This document shows positions 1-9,239 of a stretch of 26,071 nucleotides of DNA, piece after piece. This DNA is from a virus. Taxonomy: Duplodnaviria; Heunggongvirae; Uroviricota; Caudoviricetes. The notes below the pieces were generated by a model. The model was not told the DNA's origin, searched no databases, and saw only the letters and a list, made by a program, of their open reading frames with translations. Location of the stretch: IMG/VR virus record IMGVR_UViG_2909309443_000007, one strand, 5' to 3'. Position 1 is the first letter of the stretch. The number at the start of each line of letters is the position of its first letter. Both the position numbers and the translations under genes were made by a program.

Positions 1-267
1 TTACTCTGCAGGTGAAGTCGGCCACTCAATATCAGGTGCGGTTGATGTATCAACACGGTTCAGCAACACCCGATACTTCTTCCAGGCTTCCAGCAACGAG
101 TTTTCTTCCTCCGTTGCGATCTCCAGATCTACAGCATCCTGAAGTGGCGCAATATGCTCACTGAATTCCTGGATGTAGAACTGTGTGGTGACGGTCTTCC
201 AGCCATTCGGCTCCTGCTGTATCGAAGCATACCAGGCTATTTCAATATCGCTATGCTGCGGCAGCAT
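1..267 (-). CDS. Tail fibre assembly protein C-terminal-domain ORF (88 aa)
   Basis: C-terminal half (…[47 protein letters not shown]) matches the recalled lambda Tfa C-terminus. The N-terminus is unrelated. AAGGGG Shine-Dalgarno before the ATG and an in-frame stop just upstream. Confidence 0.6.
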   Translation of the reverse strand: MLPQHSDIEIAWYASIQQEPNGWKTVTTQFYIQEFSEHIAPLQDAVDLEIATEEENSLLEAWKKYRVLLNRVDTSTAPDIEWPTSPAE

Positions 268-323
268 TTAACCCCTTGTAATTCATCGCCATAATTGATT
301 TAATTCATAAACAAAACTATAAC

Positions 324-992
324 ATGGTGAAATTAATGAAAAAAAACACACATGATGGGGCTAAAATTTACACACCACTTACCCTAAAGCTTTATGACTG
401 GTGGGTTTTGGGAGTATCAAATCGTCTTGCATGGGGATGTCCTACAAAGGAACACCTTCTTCCACACTTTCTGGAACATTTAGGTAACAACCATCTGGAT
501 ATTGGTGTTGGAACTGGGTTTTACCTTACTCACGTACCTGAGAGTAGTCTGATATCTTTAATGGATTTGAACGAAGCTAGCCTGAACGCGGCATCTACAA
601 GGGCTGGGGAATCAAAAATTAAACATAAAATTAGCCATGATGTTTTTGAACCTTATCCCGCGGCGTTACATGGTCAATTTGATTCCATTTCCATGTTTTA
701 CCTTCTTCACTGCCTGCCTGGAAATATATCTACAAAAAGCTGTGTAATACGCAATGCTGCGCAGGCCTTAACTGACGATGGAACTCTATACGGAGCCACA
801 ATTCTTGGCGATGGAGTTGTGCACAATAGCTTCGGTCAAAAACTGATGCGCATTTACAATCAGAAAGGCATCTTTTCAAACACAAAAGATTCCGAAGAAG
901 GCTTAACACATATACTCTCAGAGCATTTCGAGAATGTTAAAACCAAGGTTCAAGGTACTGTAGTAATGTTTTCCGCTTCAGGGAAAAAATAG
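324..992 (+). CDS. Class I SAM-dependent methyltransferase, substrate unknown (cargo gene)
   Basis: 222-aa ORF with a motif-I-like LDIGVGTG and overall class I methyltransferase character. AT-rich relative to the flanks. True start may be the ATG at 336. Confidence 0.6.
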   Translation: MVKLMKKNTHDGAKIYTPLTLKLYDWWVLGVSNRLAWGCPTKEHLLPHFLEHLGNNHLDIGVGTGFYLTHVPESSLISLMDLNEASLNAASTRAGESKIKHKISHDVFEPYPAALHGQFDSISMFYLLHCLPGNISTKSCVIRNAAQALTDDGTLYGATILGDGVVHNSFGQKLMRIYNQKGIFSNTKDSEEGLTHILSEHFENVKTKVQGTVVMFSASGKK

Positions 993-999
993 CATCCAA

Positions 1000-1032
1000 C
1001 CGCAGCACGTTCTTGCTTAAGACGTGCTGCGG
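1000..1032. terminator. Perfect 11-bp-stem hairpin downstream of the methyltransferase gene (possible terminator, no clear U-tract)
   Basis: CCGCAGCACGT-tcttgcttaag-ACGTGCTGCGG read directly from the sequence. Confidence 0.4.
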
Positions 1033-1069
1033 CATAATCCCAATGATTACTCCCTGACAGGGTTCGTAG

Positions 1070-1141
1070 GCCACTCAATATCAGGTGCAGTTGATGTATC
1101 AACACGGTTCAGCAACACCCGATACTTTTTCCAGGCTTCCA
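1070..1141. repeat. Direct repeat of the tfa 3' end (copy of 20..91, 2-3 mismatches)
   Basis: About 72 bp near-identical to the 3' end of the tfa-like ORF at 1..267. It abuts the truncated pin gene. Confidence 0.75.
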
Positions 1142-1178
1142 CCACCAGCACGACAAGATGCCGCATACAGTGACCCAG

Positions 1179-1373
1179 TCAGTCCAGTTTCCAGACAACT
1201 AGTGCGTCACCTTTTTGAAGGCGCTTTAAAGCACGTTTTAATCCAGGTCGGCCTGTCCTTGTTCCGCTTAATTTATCTTCAAATATTTGTTCACATCCTG
1301 CACAAACAAGAGCGTTTCGTTGCAGGTCTGTATTCTGGTCATTTGTTGATACCCTTACATAGCCAATCAGCAC
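1179..1373 (-). pseudogene. pin: Serine DNA invertase (Pin/Gin/Hin family) N-terminal remnant, 64 codons
   Basis: VLIGYVRVSTNDQNTDLQRNALVCAGCEQIFEDKLSGTRTGRPGLKRALKRLQKGDALVVWKLD matches recalled Pin N-terminus, then TGA. Sequence after the stop is the duplicated tfa 3' end. GTG start with GGGAGA Shine-Dalgarno. Confidence 0.75.
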
Positions 1374-1427
1374 GCTGAATCTCCCGTCCAAAAGCACAAA
1401 TCATGCCATGCAGGCCAGAAACGGCCA

Positions 1428-1453
1428 TTATCTAAAACCTCGGTTTACAGGAA
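1428..1453. promoter_or_regulatory. Invertase crossover site (gix/hix-like), site 1
   Basis: Reverse complement TTCCTGTAAACCGAGGTTTTAGATAA matches the recalled gix consensus at 25 of 26 positions. Lies between the pin remnant and the silent tail-fibre segment. Confidence 0.7.
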
Positions 1454-2437
1454 ACGGTAAGTCAGGCTTCTGGCGCATTACAGAAAAACCAGAACGGCGC
1501 AGATATTCCAGGAAAAGATACCTTCACCAAAAATATTGGTGCCTGCCGCGCATATAGCTCATGGCTGAATATTGGTGGCGATAGTCAGGTCTGGACAACC
1601 GCGCAATTTATTTCGTGGCTGGAGAGTCAGGGGGCATTTAACCATCCTTACTGGATGTGCAAAGGCTCATGGGCTTATGCAAATAATAAGGTCATTACAG
1701 ATACAGGTTGCGGAAATATTTGTCTTGCAGGTGCTGTGGTGGAAGTTATTGGCACTCGCGGCGCAATGACCATACGCGTTACTACGCCGAGCACGTCCAG
1801 CGGTGGCGGAATTACTAACGCTCAATTCACTTATATTAATCATGGTGATGCTTACGCTCCTGGCTGGCGACGAGACTACAACACGAAAAACCAGCAGCCT
1901 GCATTTGCTTTAGGGCAAACAGGACGCAGGGTCGCAAATGATAAAGCTGTTGGCTGGAACTGGAATAGCGGTGTTTATGATGCAGATATCAGTGGTGCAT
2001 CGACATTAATCCTCCACTTCAATATGAATGCGGGGAGTTGCCCTGCTGTACAGTTCCGCGTGAATTACAGGAACGGCGGTATTTTTTATCGTTCAGCGCG
2101 TGATGGTTATGGCTTTGAAGCTAACTGGTCAGAGTTTTACACCACAACACGCAAACCCTCTGCGGGGGATGTTGGTGCATATACGCAGGCAGAATGTAAC
2201 TCAAGGTTTATTACAGGTATTCGCCTTGGCGGTCTGTCATCTGTTCAGACATGGAAAGGCCCCGGCTGGTCTGACAGGTCAGGTTATGTCGTTACGGGTT
2301 CAGTTAACGGAAACCGTGATGAATTAATTGATACAACTCAGGCAAGGCCAATTCAGTATTGCATTAATGGGACGTGGTATAACGCGGGAGTATTTAACGA
2401 TGATGCACTTAAAAAACATTACTGCTGGCAACCCTAA
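1436..2437 (+). CDS. Silent alternative tail-fibre C-terminal segment (Sv'-like), no start codon of its own
   Basis: Reading frame opens inside site 1 and runs without stops to 2437. Would be fused in frame to the Stf constant part only after inversion. Confidence 0.6.
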   Translation, partial: NLGLQETVSQASGALQKNQNGADIPGKDTFTKNIGACRAYSSWLNIGGDSQVWTTAQFISWLESQGAFNHPYWMCKGSWAYANNKVITDTGCGNICLAGAVVEVIGTRGAMTIRVTTPSTSSGGGITNAQFTYINHGDAYAPGWRRDYNTKNQQPAFALGQTGRRVANDKAVGWNWNSGVYDADISGASTLILHFNMNAGSCPAVQFRVNYRNGGIFYRSARDGYGFEANWSEFYTTTRKPSAGDVGAYTQAECNSRFITGIRLGGLSSVQTWKGPGWSDRSGYVVTGSVNGNRDELIDTTQARPIQYCINGTWYNAGVFNDDALKKHYCWQP

Positions 2438-2933
2438 AACAAAAGAGCAATACCAGCTAACAAAGCAATTTAACATCAAATGGCTTTATTCAGATGATGG
2501 AAAAAACTGGTATGAGGAACAAAAGAATTTCCAGCCAGACACTTTGAAAATGGTCTATGACCATAACGGCGTTATTATTTGTATTGAAAAGGATGTTTCA
2601 GCAATTAATCCAGAGGGTGCAAGCGTCGTTGAATTACCTGATATTACAGCAAATCGCCGGGCTGATATTTCGGGGAAATGGATGTTCAAAGATGGCGTAG
2701 TGATAAAGCGAACTTATACCGAGGAAGAGCAGAGGCAACAAGCGGAAAATGAAAAGCAAAGCCTGTTGCAACTTGTCAGGGATAAAACCCAGCTATGGGA
2801 CTCACAGCTACGGCTGGGCATCATTTCCGACGAGAATAAACAAAAATTAACCGAGTGGATGCTCTATGCGCAGAAAGTCGAATCTACAGACACTTCCGGC
2901 CTGCCAGTAACGTTTCCCGAACAACCAGAATGA
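2400..2933 (+). CDS. tfa: Alternative tail fibre assembly protein (tfa')
   Basis: N-terminus [22 protein letters not shown] is homologous to the minus-strand tfa at 2962..3489; C-terminus diverges. GGAG Shine-Dalgarno upstream. Confidence 0.7.
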   Translation: MMHLKNITAGNPKTKEQYQLTKQFNIKWLYSDDGKNWYEEQKNFQPDTLKMVYDHNGVIICIEKDVSAINPEGASVVELPDITANRRADISGKWMFKDGVVIKRTYTEEEQRQQAENEKQSLLQLVRDKTQLWDSQLRLGIISDENKQKLTEWMLYAQKVESTDTSGLPVTFPEQPE

Positions 2934-2936
2934 GAG

Positions 2937-2964
2937 AAGGCCCGCTATCGGGCCTTAATTTTTA
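2937..2964. terminator. Hairpin between convergent tfa genes, acting as a terminator for the plus-strand tfa'
   Basis: AAGGCCCG-ctat-CGGGCCTT followed by a T-run on the plus strand. Confidence 0.5.
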
Positions 2965-3489
2965 CTCTGGTTTTTGTGGCCATTCAGGATTTGCCGTATC
3001 CACACGGCTGACCAGAACACTGTAGCGTTCCCATGCTTCCAGTCGTGTGCGTTCCTCGTCTGTTGCCATATTCAGCCTGACAGCGCGTTCCAGCGGTTGG
3101 ATGACTGATTCAGCTTCGGAAAGCAATGCGGCCTTTTGTGATTCGGCCTGTTGTTGTTGCTCGTCTGCCGTATAAATCCGTTTAACCACAGCTCCGTCCC
3201 TAAACATCCACTTACCGGAATCATCAGCGCGGCGGTTGGCTGTAATATCTGGAACCTCAACGACGCTATAACCTTCAGGGTTAAGCGTGGAGGCATCTTT
3301 GGTGATGGCGACAATAATATTATTTGCATCGTAAACAATCTTTATTGTGTCTGGCTGAAAGTTTTTCACTTCCTCATACCAGTTTTTACCGTCTTCTGTA
3401 TATAACCAGATAACATCAAAATTCTTTGTTAGCTGATATTGTTCTTTTGTTTTTGGATTTCCAGACTTAATATTTTTTAAATGCTGCAT
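2962..3489 (-). CDS. tfa: Tail fibre assembly protein
   Basis: 175 aa, Mu U/lambda Tfa-like. Immediately downstream of stf on the same strand. Confidence 0.8.
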   Translation of the reverse strand: MQHLKNIKSGNPKTKEQYQLTKNFDVIWLYTEDGKNWYEEVKNFQPDTIKIVYDANNIIVAITKDASTLNPEGYSVVEVPDITANRRADDSGKWMFRDGAVVKRIYTADEQQQQAESQKAALLSEAESVIQPLERAVRLNMATDEERTRLEAWERYSVLVSRVDTANPEWPQKPE

Positions 3490-3492
3490 AAA

Positions 3493-6400
3493 TTACACCT
3501 GTACGACGTTATACCATGTGCCATTGATGTATTTTTGTATTGGCCTGAAGATGGCTTCATCATCGCCATCTACTTCACCAATGATTCTTAATCCGGTAAT
3601 TGCGTGTCCGGCTTTTTCATAACGACCACCACGCGCCATCAATTGAACAACACGCGTACCCAGGCGAACATCTTTCACATAGCGGGAATCAAAATTCCCC
3701 CAGTTGCTGGGCTGTATCTGACCGTTAACAGCAAATGTTACTGAGTTATCTGTATTTCGCTGACTATAGAAATGCCAGCCTGAATCATCACCAAGCTCTG
3801 CAACAGTTGGTCTTGATGAAGTGCCCCATAAATTAAACCCTACGTTCTTCGTGGAGTTGTTGGAGCTGGATAGCGAGAATTTTTTACTATCACCTGCCTG
3901 AATGTTTTTAAAAGCAATAGCCACTCCATTCTGAAAGCGGAATACTCGCTGACTATTAGCGTAAACATCAAGAATACCATCACCATTCTGTTTAAATCCG
4001 GTATCATTATCACCAAGAACAATTGAGTTCCCACCCAACGCGTTATTCGTGCCAAGTGCCAGCCCGCCATCAATCCTGGCACCATTACCAACAGACACAA
4101 CTCCTGTTCTTAAGTTGATGTTGAATGGCCTTAATGGCCCAATATCTCCATTTTCACCCTCATTTTCTCGTGTAGGGATGATATGCAGGTGTTCTTCAGA
4201 ACGGCGAAAAATAGCACCAAAGGATGAATTAAAAATCCTCAGTGCATTGACTGTCGATATTTTTACTTCACTGCCGAAAAGGGCTTTAACAAGAACATAC
4301 AAAGCACCCCATTTAAGATTCATCAGGTCTTTTGTTGTGGTGCCATGGCGGCTTCTCCATTTGAAATATTCATTGCCGTTGTCGCCTGTTTCAAACCACA
4401 TGTATGAATCAGTATCGCTGTCGGCATCATTTTTAAATCCAATCTTCGCCCAGTCAGTATTTCTAATCCAGGCAAGGATTGAGTCGTTTGCAAAAGTAAG
4501 CCCACCGGACAAGGTATCGCCATTCTTTTGCACGGCGTTCCTGGCCCTGTTTACCGTTTCCTGTAAACCGAGGTATTCGATAACAGCGGCAACGGTCGAT
4601 TTCGCAAGAATATCCCGCCCGACTTTTGTCAGGGTTGCCAGGCTGGCGACATCATTCCCCGTAAAATACGGAAACCTGTCTGCCGCAGTAGCAAGCCCGG
4701 CCAGCGCCGTCAGGGTGGCATCTTTCGGTTGCTTACCCGCAAGCGCGTTAGTCATGGTGGTCGCAAAATTCGGGTCGTTTCCCAGCGCCGCCGCCAGCTC
4801 GTTCAGCGTATTCAGTGCGTCAGGCGACGAGTCTACAAGTGCGGCAATCGCGGCCATCACATAAGCCGTGCTTGCGATCTGAGTATTATTAGTCCCTTTT
4901 GGCGCAGTTGGCGTTGTTGGCGTTCCGGTCAGCGCAGGACTGTTTAAAGGCGCTTTCTTGTTCGTTTCATCCATTACCGCCTTAACCGCTTTTGGTGTCG
5001 CAGCCAGCGTTTCAGACGGGCTGTTAGTGGCGCTACTGAGCTGAACTATCCCTTTTCGTGCCGTCGTTGCATCCTGAGCGGTATATTTTGCGTTAGCAAG
5101 GTCATATGCTGCCTTTACTGCCTTTGGTGTTGCCGCCAGTGACTCGGAAGTGCTGTTGGTCGCACTGCTGAGCTGAACCACACCTTTTTTCGTCGTGCTC
5201 GCATCTTCCAGAGATACGGCATCAGCAATATCCTCTGCCCGTTTTGCTGCTGTTTCGGCACGCGTTGCCGCGGATTCAGCAGCAACTTTGCTCTGAGATG
5301 CAGCCGTCGCACTGCCTGCCGCCTCTGATGCTTTCGTTGTTGCTGTCGTGGCACTACCTTTCGCTGCTGACGCTTGTCTGGTCGCCTCATCTTTTGAAGC
5401 AGACGCAGATGATGCCGATGACGCCGCTGAACCAGCGGACGATGCGGCTGCCGCCTTAGAGGAAGCAGCATTGTCTGCTGAAGTCTTTGCATTTGTTTCA
5501 GAGGTTTTTGCTGCAGAAGCAGACCTCGCTGCTGCAGTGGCTTGCTTAGTGGCTTCGCCAGCCTTCGTTGTGGCTGTTGAAGCGGATGATGCGGCGCTTT
5601 CTGCCGATTTTCCGGCGGCGGTGGCACTGGCTGAGGCCTGCCCGGCACTTGTTGACGCGGCACTGGCCGACGATGCAGCCGCTGTTTTTGAACCTGCCGC
5701 AGCTGAGGCACTCTGTGCTGCTGCCGTTTCAGAAGACTTAGCGTTTGTCTCAGACGTCTTTGCCGCCTTCGCGGAATTTCCTGCCGCCGTTGCCGAGGAA
5801 GCTGCACTACTGGCACTTGATGATGCATTCGTTTCTGATGATTTCGCTGCCTCTTTTGAGGCCGCCGCCCCCCGTGCCGAGGTGGCAGCTTCTGACGCCT
5901 TCGTGGTCGCTGTGGATGCAGAAGTGGCTGCCGATTTTTGTGATGCTGCGGCATTCGTTTCTGACGTTTTCGCGGCACTGGCGCTGGTAGCTGCCGCGCT
6001 TTTTGATGACTCTGCAGCAGCAGCACTTTTCGCTGCTTCACTGGCCTTTGTCGATGCCGTTCCTGCGCTGGAAGACGCTGACTGAGCCGACGACGCGGCC
6101 TGTCCGGCTGACGTGCTGGCTGCGCGTGCTGAGCCTGCAGCATCAGTCGCATGGGTTGCCGCCTCACGGGCTGATGTGCTGGCATCACTGGCTGACTTCT
6201 TCGCGGCTGCCGTGTTCTGTGCCACTGCGGACGCGTTACGCGCCACCTCTTCCACCATCAGTTCAAAACGGCGCAGTGCCTCCGGACGGGCATCATCCTC
6301 CGTCATGGCACCGAGAAAATCATTCAGCGTACCGGGTCGGGAATCTTCATACACGGTGATGGTCCCGGCATGTGACGGCGGGAATCCGTCCACCAACAGA

Positions 6401-6582
6401 ATAACGCTGTACTGACCGTACTCAACGTCCATGCTGTAACGCCCGGCTTCATCCGGATTTTCTGAGGCCAGCGTGTTCACCACCACCGTGGTGCTGTTAC
6501 GTTTTGCTTTCAGCTGGATTGTGCAGTTCTGTACTGGTTTTCCTGTGCCGTCTTTCAGTACACCTGAAATCTTTACTGCCAT
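3493..6582 (-). CDS. stf: Side tail fibre protein (lambda Stf-like) with a long Ala/Ser/Thr-rich shaft
   Basis: N-terminus MAVKISGVLKDGTGKPVQNCTIQLKA… matches recalled lambda Stf. Contains the LNTLNELAAALGNDP and GIVQLSSATNS motifs. Distal part lies inside the invertible segment. Confidence 0.85.
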   Translation of the reverse strand: MAVKISGVLKDGTGKPVQNCTIQLKAKRNSTTVVVNTLASENPDEAGRYSMDVEYGQYSVILLVDGFPPSHAGTITVYEDSRPGTLNDFLGAMTEDDARPEALRRFELMVEEVARNASAVAQNTAAAKKSASDASTSAREAATHATDAAGSARAASTSAGQAASSAQSASSSAGTASTKASEAAKSAAAAESSKSAAATSASAAKTSETNAAASQKSAATSASTATTKASEAATSARGAAASKEAAKSSETNASSSASSAASSATAAGNSAKAAKTSETNAKSSETAAAQSASAAAGSKTAAASSASAASTSAGQASASATAAGKSAESAASSASTATTKAGEATKQATAAARSASAAKTSETNAKTSADNAASSKAAAASSAGSAASSASSASASKDEATRQASAAKGSATTATTKASEAAGSATAASQSKVAAESAATRAETAAKRAEDIADAVSLEDASTTKKGVVQLSSATNSTSESLAATPKAVKAAYDLANAKYTAQDATTARKGIVQLSSATNSPSETLAATPKAVKAVMDETNKKAPLNSPALTGTPTTPTAPKGTNNTQIASTAYVMAAIAALVDSSPDALNTLNELAAALGNDPNFATTMTNALAGKQPKDATLTALAGLATAADRFPYFTGNDVASLATLTKVGRDILAKSTVAAVIEYLGLQETVNRARNAVQKNGDTLSGGLTFANDSILAWIRNTDWAKIGFKNDADSDTDSYMWFETGDNGNEYFKWRSRHGTTTKDLMNLKWGALYVLVKALFGSEVKISTVNALRIFNSSFGAIFRRSEEHLHIIPTRENEGENGDIGPLRPFNINLRTGVVSVGNGARIDGGLALGTNNALGGNSIVLGDNDTGFKQNGDGILDVYANSQRVFRFQNGVAIAFKNIQAGDSKKFSLSSSNNSTKNVGFNLWGTSSRPTVAELGDDSGWHFYSQRNTDNSVTFAVNGQIQPSNWGNFDSRYVKDVRLGTRVVQLMARGGRYEKAGHAITGLRIIGEVDGDDEAIFRPIQKYINGTWYNVVQV
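4558..4583. promoter_or_regulatory. Invertase crossover site (gix/hix-like), site 2, inside stf, inverted relative to site 1
   Basis: TTCCTGTAAACCGAGGTATTCGATAA on the plus strand. Encodes the YLGLQETV motif of Stf; site 1 encodes NLGLQETV in the silent segment. Confidence 0.7.
4975..5195. repeat. Imperfect tandem duplication (about 85-bp units) inside stf
   Basis: Two similar DNA blocks encoding the duplicated peptide KG(V/I)VQLSSATNS.SE(S/T)LAATPKAVKA. Confidence 0.6.
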
Positions 6583-6593
6583 ATTCACCCCAC

Positions 6594-6619
6594 AAAAAAG
6601 CCCGCCTGAACCGGCGGGC
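6594..6619 (-). terminator. Rho-independent terminator downstream of lom
   Basis: Minus strand: GCCCGCC-ggttca-GGCGGGC followed by TTTTTT. Confidence 0.55.
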
Positions 6620-6646
6620 TGTCATAACACTGTGTTACCTGGCTAA

Positions 6647-7245
6647 TCAGAATTTATAACCGACACCCACGATGAACCCGTCAGTGCGCCAGTCACCACT
6701 GCCGGAGCCTTCATAAGCAAGGTCAATGGCCACGGATTCGGTCGGGTTAAACTGCACGCCAGCCCCCACGCCAGAGACGTGTTGCTGTGGCGACCGTCAT
6801 CACTTCCGGTCAGCACATCGTGCGTTTTCCCCTTGTTGTCAGTTACGCGAAGATAATCCCCGGAGAAAGTCGACACACGGCTGTAAGCCACACCCGCCAT
6901 CGCATACGCGCTGAACCATTCATTCACGCGCACAGACGGCCCCGCCATCACGCTGAACCAGCGGTTACGCACGGAATCTTCATGCCAGCGGGTATCGCTG
7001 TAATGCGTTTTTTGCTCATCTTTGGCATTGGCATAACTGAATGACGTCACCAGCCCCAGCGTGTCCGTAAATTCATAACGGTATTTCACGTTAATGCCCT
7101 TCAGGTCATCACTGCCTGGCATATCAGTATGGGTCTGAAGATACCCGGCGCTTAGTGTGGACTGATGCTCTGCTGCGCTCGCTGGCGTACCAGCGGCAAC
7201 CAGCCAGACTACTGCGGACAGAATAACAGCACATAATTTACGCAT
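6647..7245 (-). pseudogene. lom: Lom/Ail-family outer membrane protein, frameshifted near the C-terminus
   Basis: Signal peptide and Lom-like body. The canonical C-terminus …DWRTDGFIVGVGYKF is in another frame after a C5/G5 run at about 6763-6767. Confidence 0.7.
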
Positions 7246-7269
7246 AATTACCTCTCGCTTTTCTGCAAT

Positions 7270-7293
7270 AAAAAAGGCACCATTTCTGGTGCC
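7270..7293 (-). terminator. Rho-independent terminator downstream of the J fragment
   Basis: Minus strand: GGCACCA-gaaa-TGGTGCC followed by TTTTTT. Confidence 0.55.
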
Positions 7294-7312
7294 CGTATCT
7301 GGGTTATAAAAT

Positions 7313-9163
7313 TCAGCTAATCGTGATGCCTGTAGTGGCTTTCTTCATCACCACAACCAGCAAATCGCTGATACTTGCTGTGGGATACCAGTTATTTACC
7401 AGCCATGCTGACACCGAAAACTCCAGTGTCATGTGACCGTGACCGGCAGGCATATCAATAACGCCACTGTAAATCAGCGTATTATCCAGCGCGGTACGGT
7501 TATAAATTTCAGCACCGTTTTTCCGCACTATCAGACGGCATGAGGAGTAAATATCAGTATGCTCTCTCTCATGCTTAGCGCCACTGAATGCCACCGCCGG
7601 AATAACAATCTGCCGGTCAAACGGCTGATCGTCATAAACCCTGACGGTAATGGTTCCTGATGGCCACCGCTCCGGTGCACGGGAGTCCCGGGGGAAAGCT
7701 TTGCCCACTGTTTTAACGAGATCGCCTTCAATCTGGTTGGCGGACAGTTTTCCCAGAACCCGACAGTTCTCGTTAATCGTGACGTTGTTGAGCGTCCCGG
7801 AGTTCGCATTCACGTTACCGCTGATATCGGCATTTTTCGCCGTCAGCCGCCCGTCCGGTGTCAGGGAAAATGCCGGAGGATTACCGCCGCTGGTAATGGT
7901 GGGAGCCGTCAGGCGTTTCAGGAACACTTCGTTCATGAATATCTGATCGCCCTGACCAACAAACATCGGCTTTGTGTTGCCATTCGCAGGATTAATCATC
8001 GCAATCCTGTCTGCCGCCAGCAGCACCTGACTCTGCATGCCGTCAGGGGTGTTCTCAATACCGGCACCAATACCCGCGATATAAAGGCGTCCGTCCTGCA
8101 TCTGCTGCAGCTTCACAGCCCACATGCTGTTCAGGTTATTATTTGTATCAACCTGAACCTTCTGTATCTGCTGAATTGCCGCACTCTGGTCTTCCAGTTT
8201 CTTATTGACGGTCTGTGTGATTTCATTGCTGACATCCGTAATGGATGTCCTGATTTCAGCCAGGTCAGGCGCAAGCTGACCGTTATCAATCTGCGTCCAC
8301 AGCTCCTGAGCCAGATGGGTTTTCCCTATCTCGCCTTTGAAAAAATCCAGATAGCCGGATGCGTCATCACTCGGCTGACCAACAGCCTCCACGAATGCCG
8401 ATTTGCCAACGGTGTTCACACTGCGAACGTAAAAATAATAATCATGGCCCGGTTTGATATTGATACTGGCGGCTATCCAGTACAGCGCCGTGCCAAGATA
8501 GCGGGCTGTGGTTTCAACCTGCCTGATATCCGCAATCCGCTTTTCCGAGAACCAGAACTCAAACTGTACCGTCGGATCATAAACGGCAAGATGCGGCGTG
8601 GCGGTTATCTGAAAATAGCCCGGCGTCAGCTCAATCCGCGACGGCGCTGCCGGTGCGGCAATCCGGAACGATACCGACGCCGGATCGCCCTGCTGTCCCC
8701 ATGCATTTACTGCCCGGACTGTCAGCCTGTAGTTCCCCAGAGCCAGTTGTGTGAAGCGGTAAGTGGTTTCCGTCGTCCGGGCCGTGCTGACCAGCCGCTC
8801 ACTGCCGTCATCCGCTGCCACGGTCAGGCGAAGCATAAAGCTCACCCCCTTCACCACCTTCGGCGTGTCCCAGCGGGCCAGCACCTGGTATTCCCCGCTG
8901 TCTGCGGTGACTTCGGCGGTCAGATGCTGCACTGCTGGCGGCGTGACACCATTCACCGTGCCGCTCTGGTTACCGTCAAAGTGCGCCCCGTTATCCACGA
9001 TGGCTTCTTTCTCCGGTACATGCTGCACTGCAGTGATGGCATACGTACCGTCGTCGTTCTCACGGATACTCACACAGCGGAACAGGCGCTGGCGCAGCGT
9101 CGGCAGCTTCAGCCCCCACACGCTGTACTCGGCAACGCCGTCAGGAACCCGACTCACTTTCAC
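7313..9163 (-). pseudogene. J: Host specificity protein J, C-terminal fragment of roughly 615 codons (5' half deleted)
   Basis: C-terminus …[49 protein letters not shown]… matches recalled lambda J. Upstream frame joins an L remnant out of frame. Confidence 0.8.
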
Positions 9164-9164
9164 C

Positions 9165-9239
9165 TTCCCAGAGCACCACGCTGGCCGACTGCTCCGCACG
9201 GGTGCATTCATTCAGTGTTTCCTGCCGGATATCCTGCAT
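9165..9239 (-). pseudogene. L: Tail protein L, N-terminal 25-codon remnant
   Basis: ATG overlapping the M stop (ATGA) encodes [25 protein letters not shown] as recalled for lambda L, then jumps into J. Confidence 0.6.

Larger units (their letters stand above)
1428..4583. other. Invertible tail-fibre switching segment (Mu G-segment-like), about 3.16 kb
   Basis: Bounded by two inverted gix-like sites. Contains the expressed Stf C-terminal part plus tfa (minus strand) and a startless alternative C-terminal segment plus tfa' (plus strand). Confidence 0.65.

Noticed and set aside
1085-1378. 97-aa plus-strand ORF
   Set aside because: Antisense to the pin remnant and the duplicated tfa fragment; no independent support.
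4049-4864. 271-aa plus-strand ORF
   Set aside because: Antisense to the well-supported stf coding sequence.
5348-6085. 245-aa Ala/Asp-rich ORF on the plus strand
   Set aside because: Antisense to the stf Ala/Ser repeat region; the repeats keep the antisense frame open. No start context.
5115-6188. 357-aa Arg/Gln/Pro-rich ORF on the minus strand
   Set aside because: It is an alternative frame of the repetitive GC-rich stf shaft region with extreme low-complexity composition, so a frame artefact.
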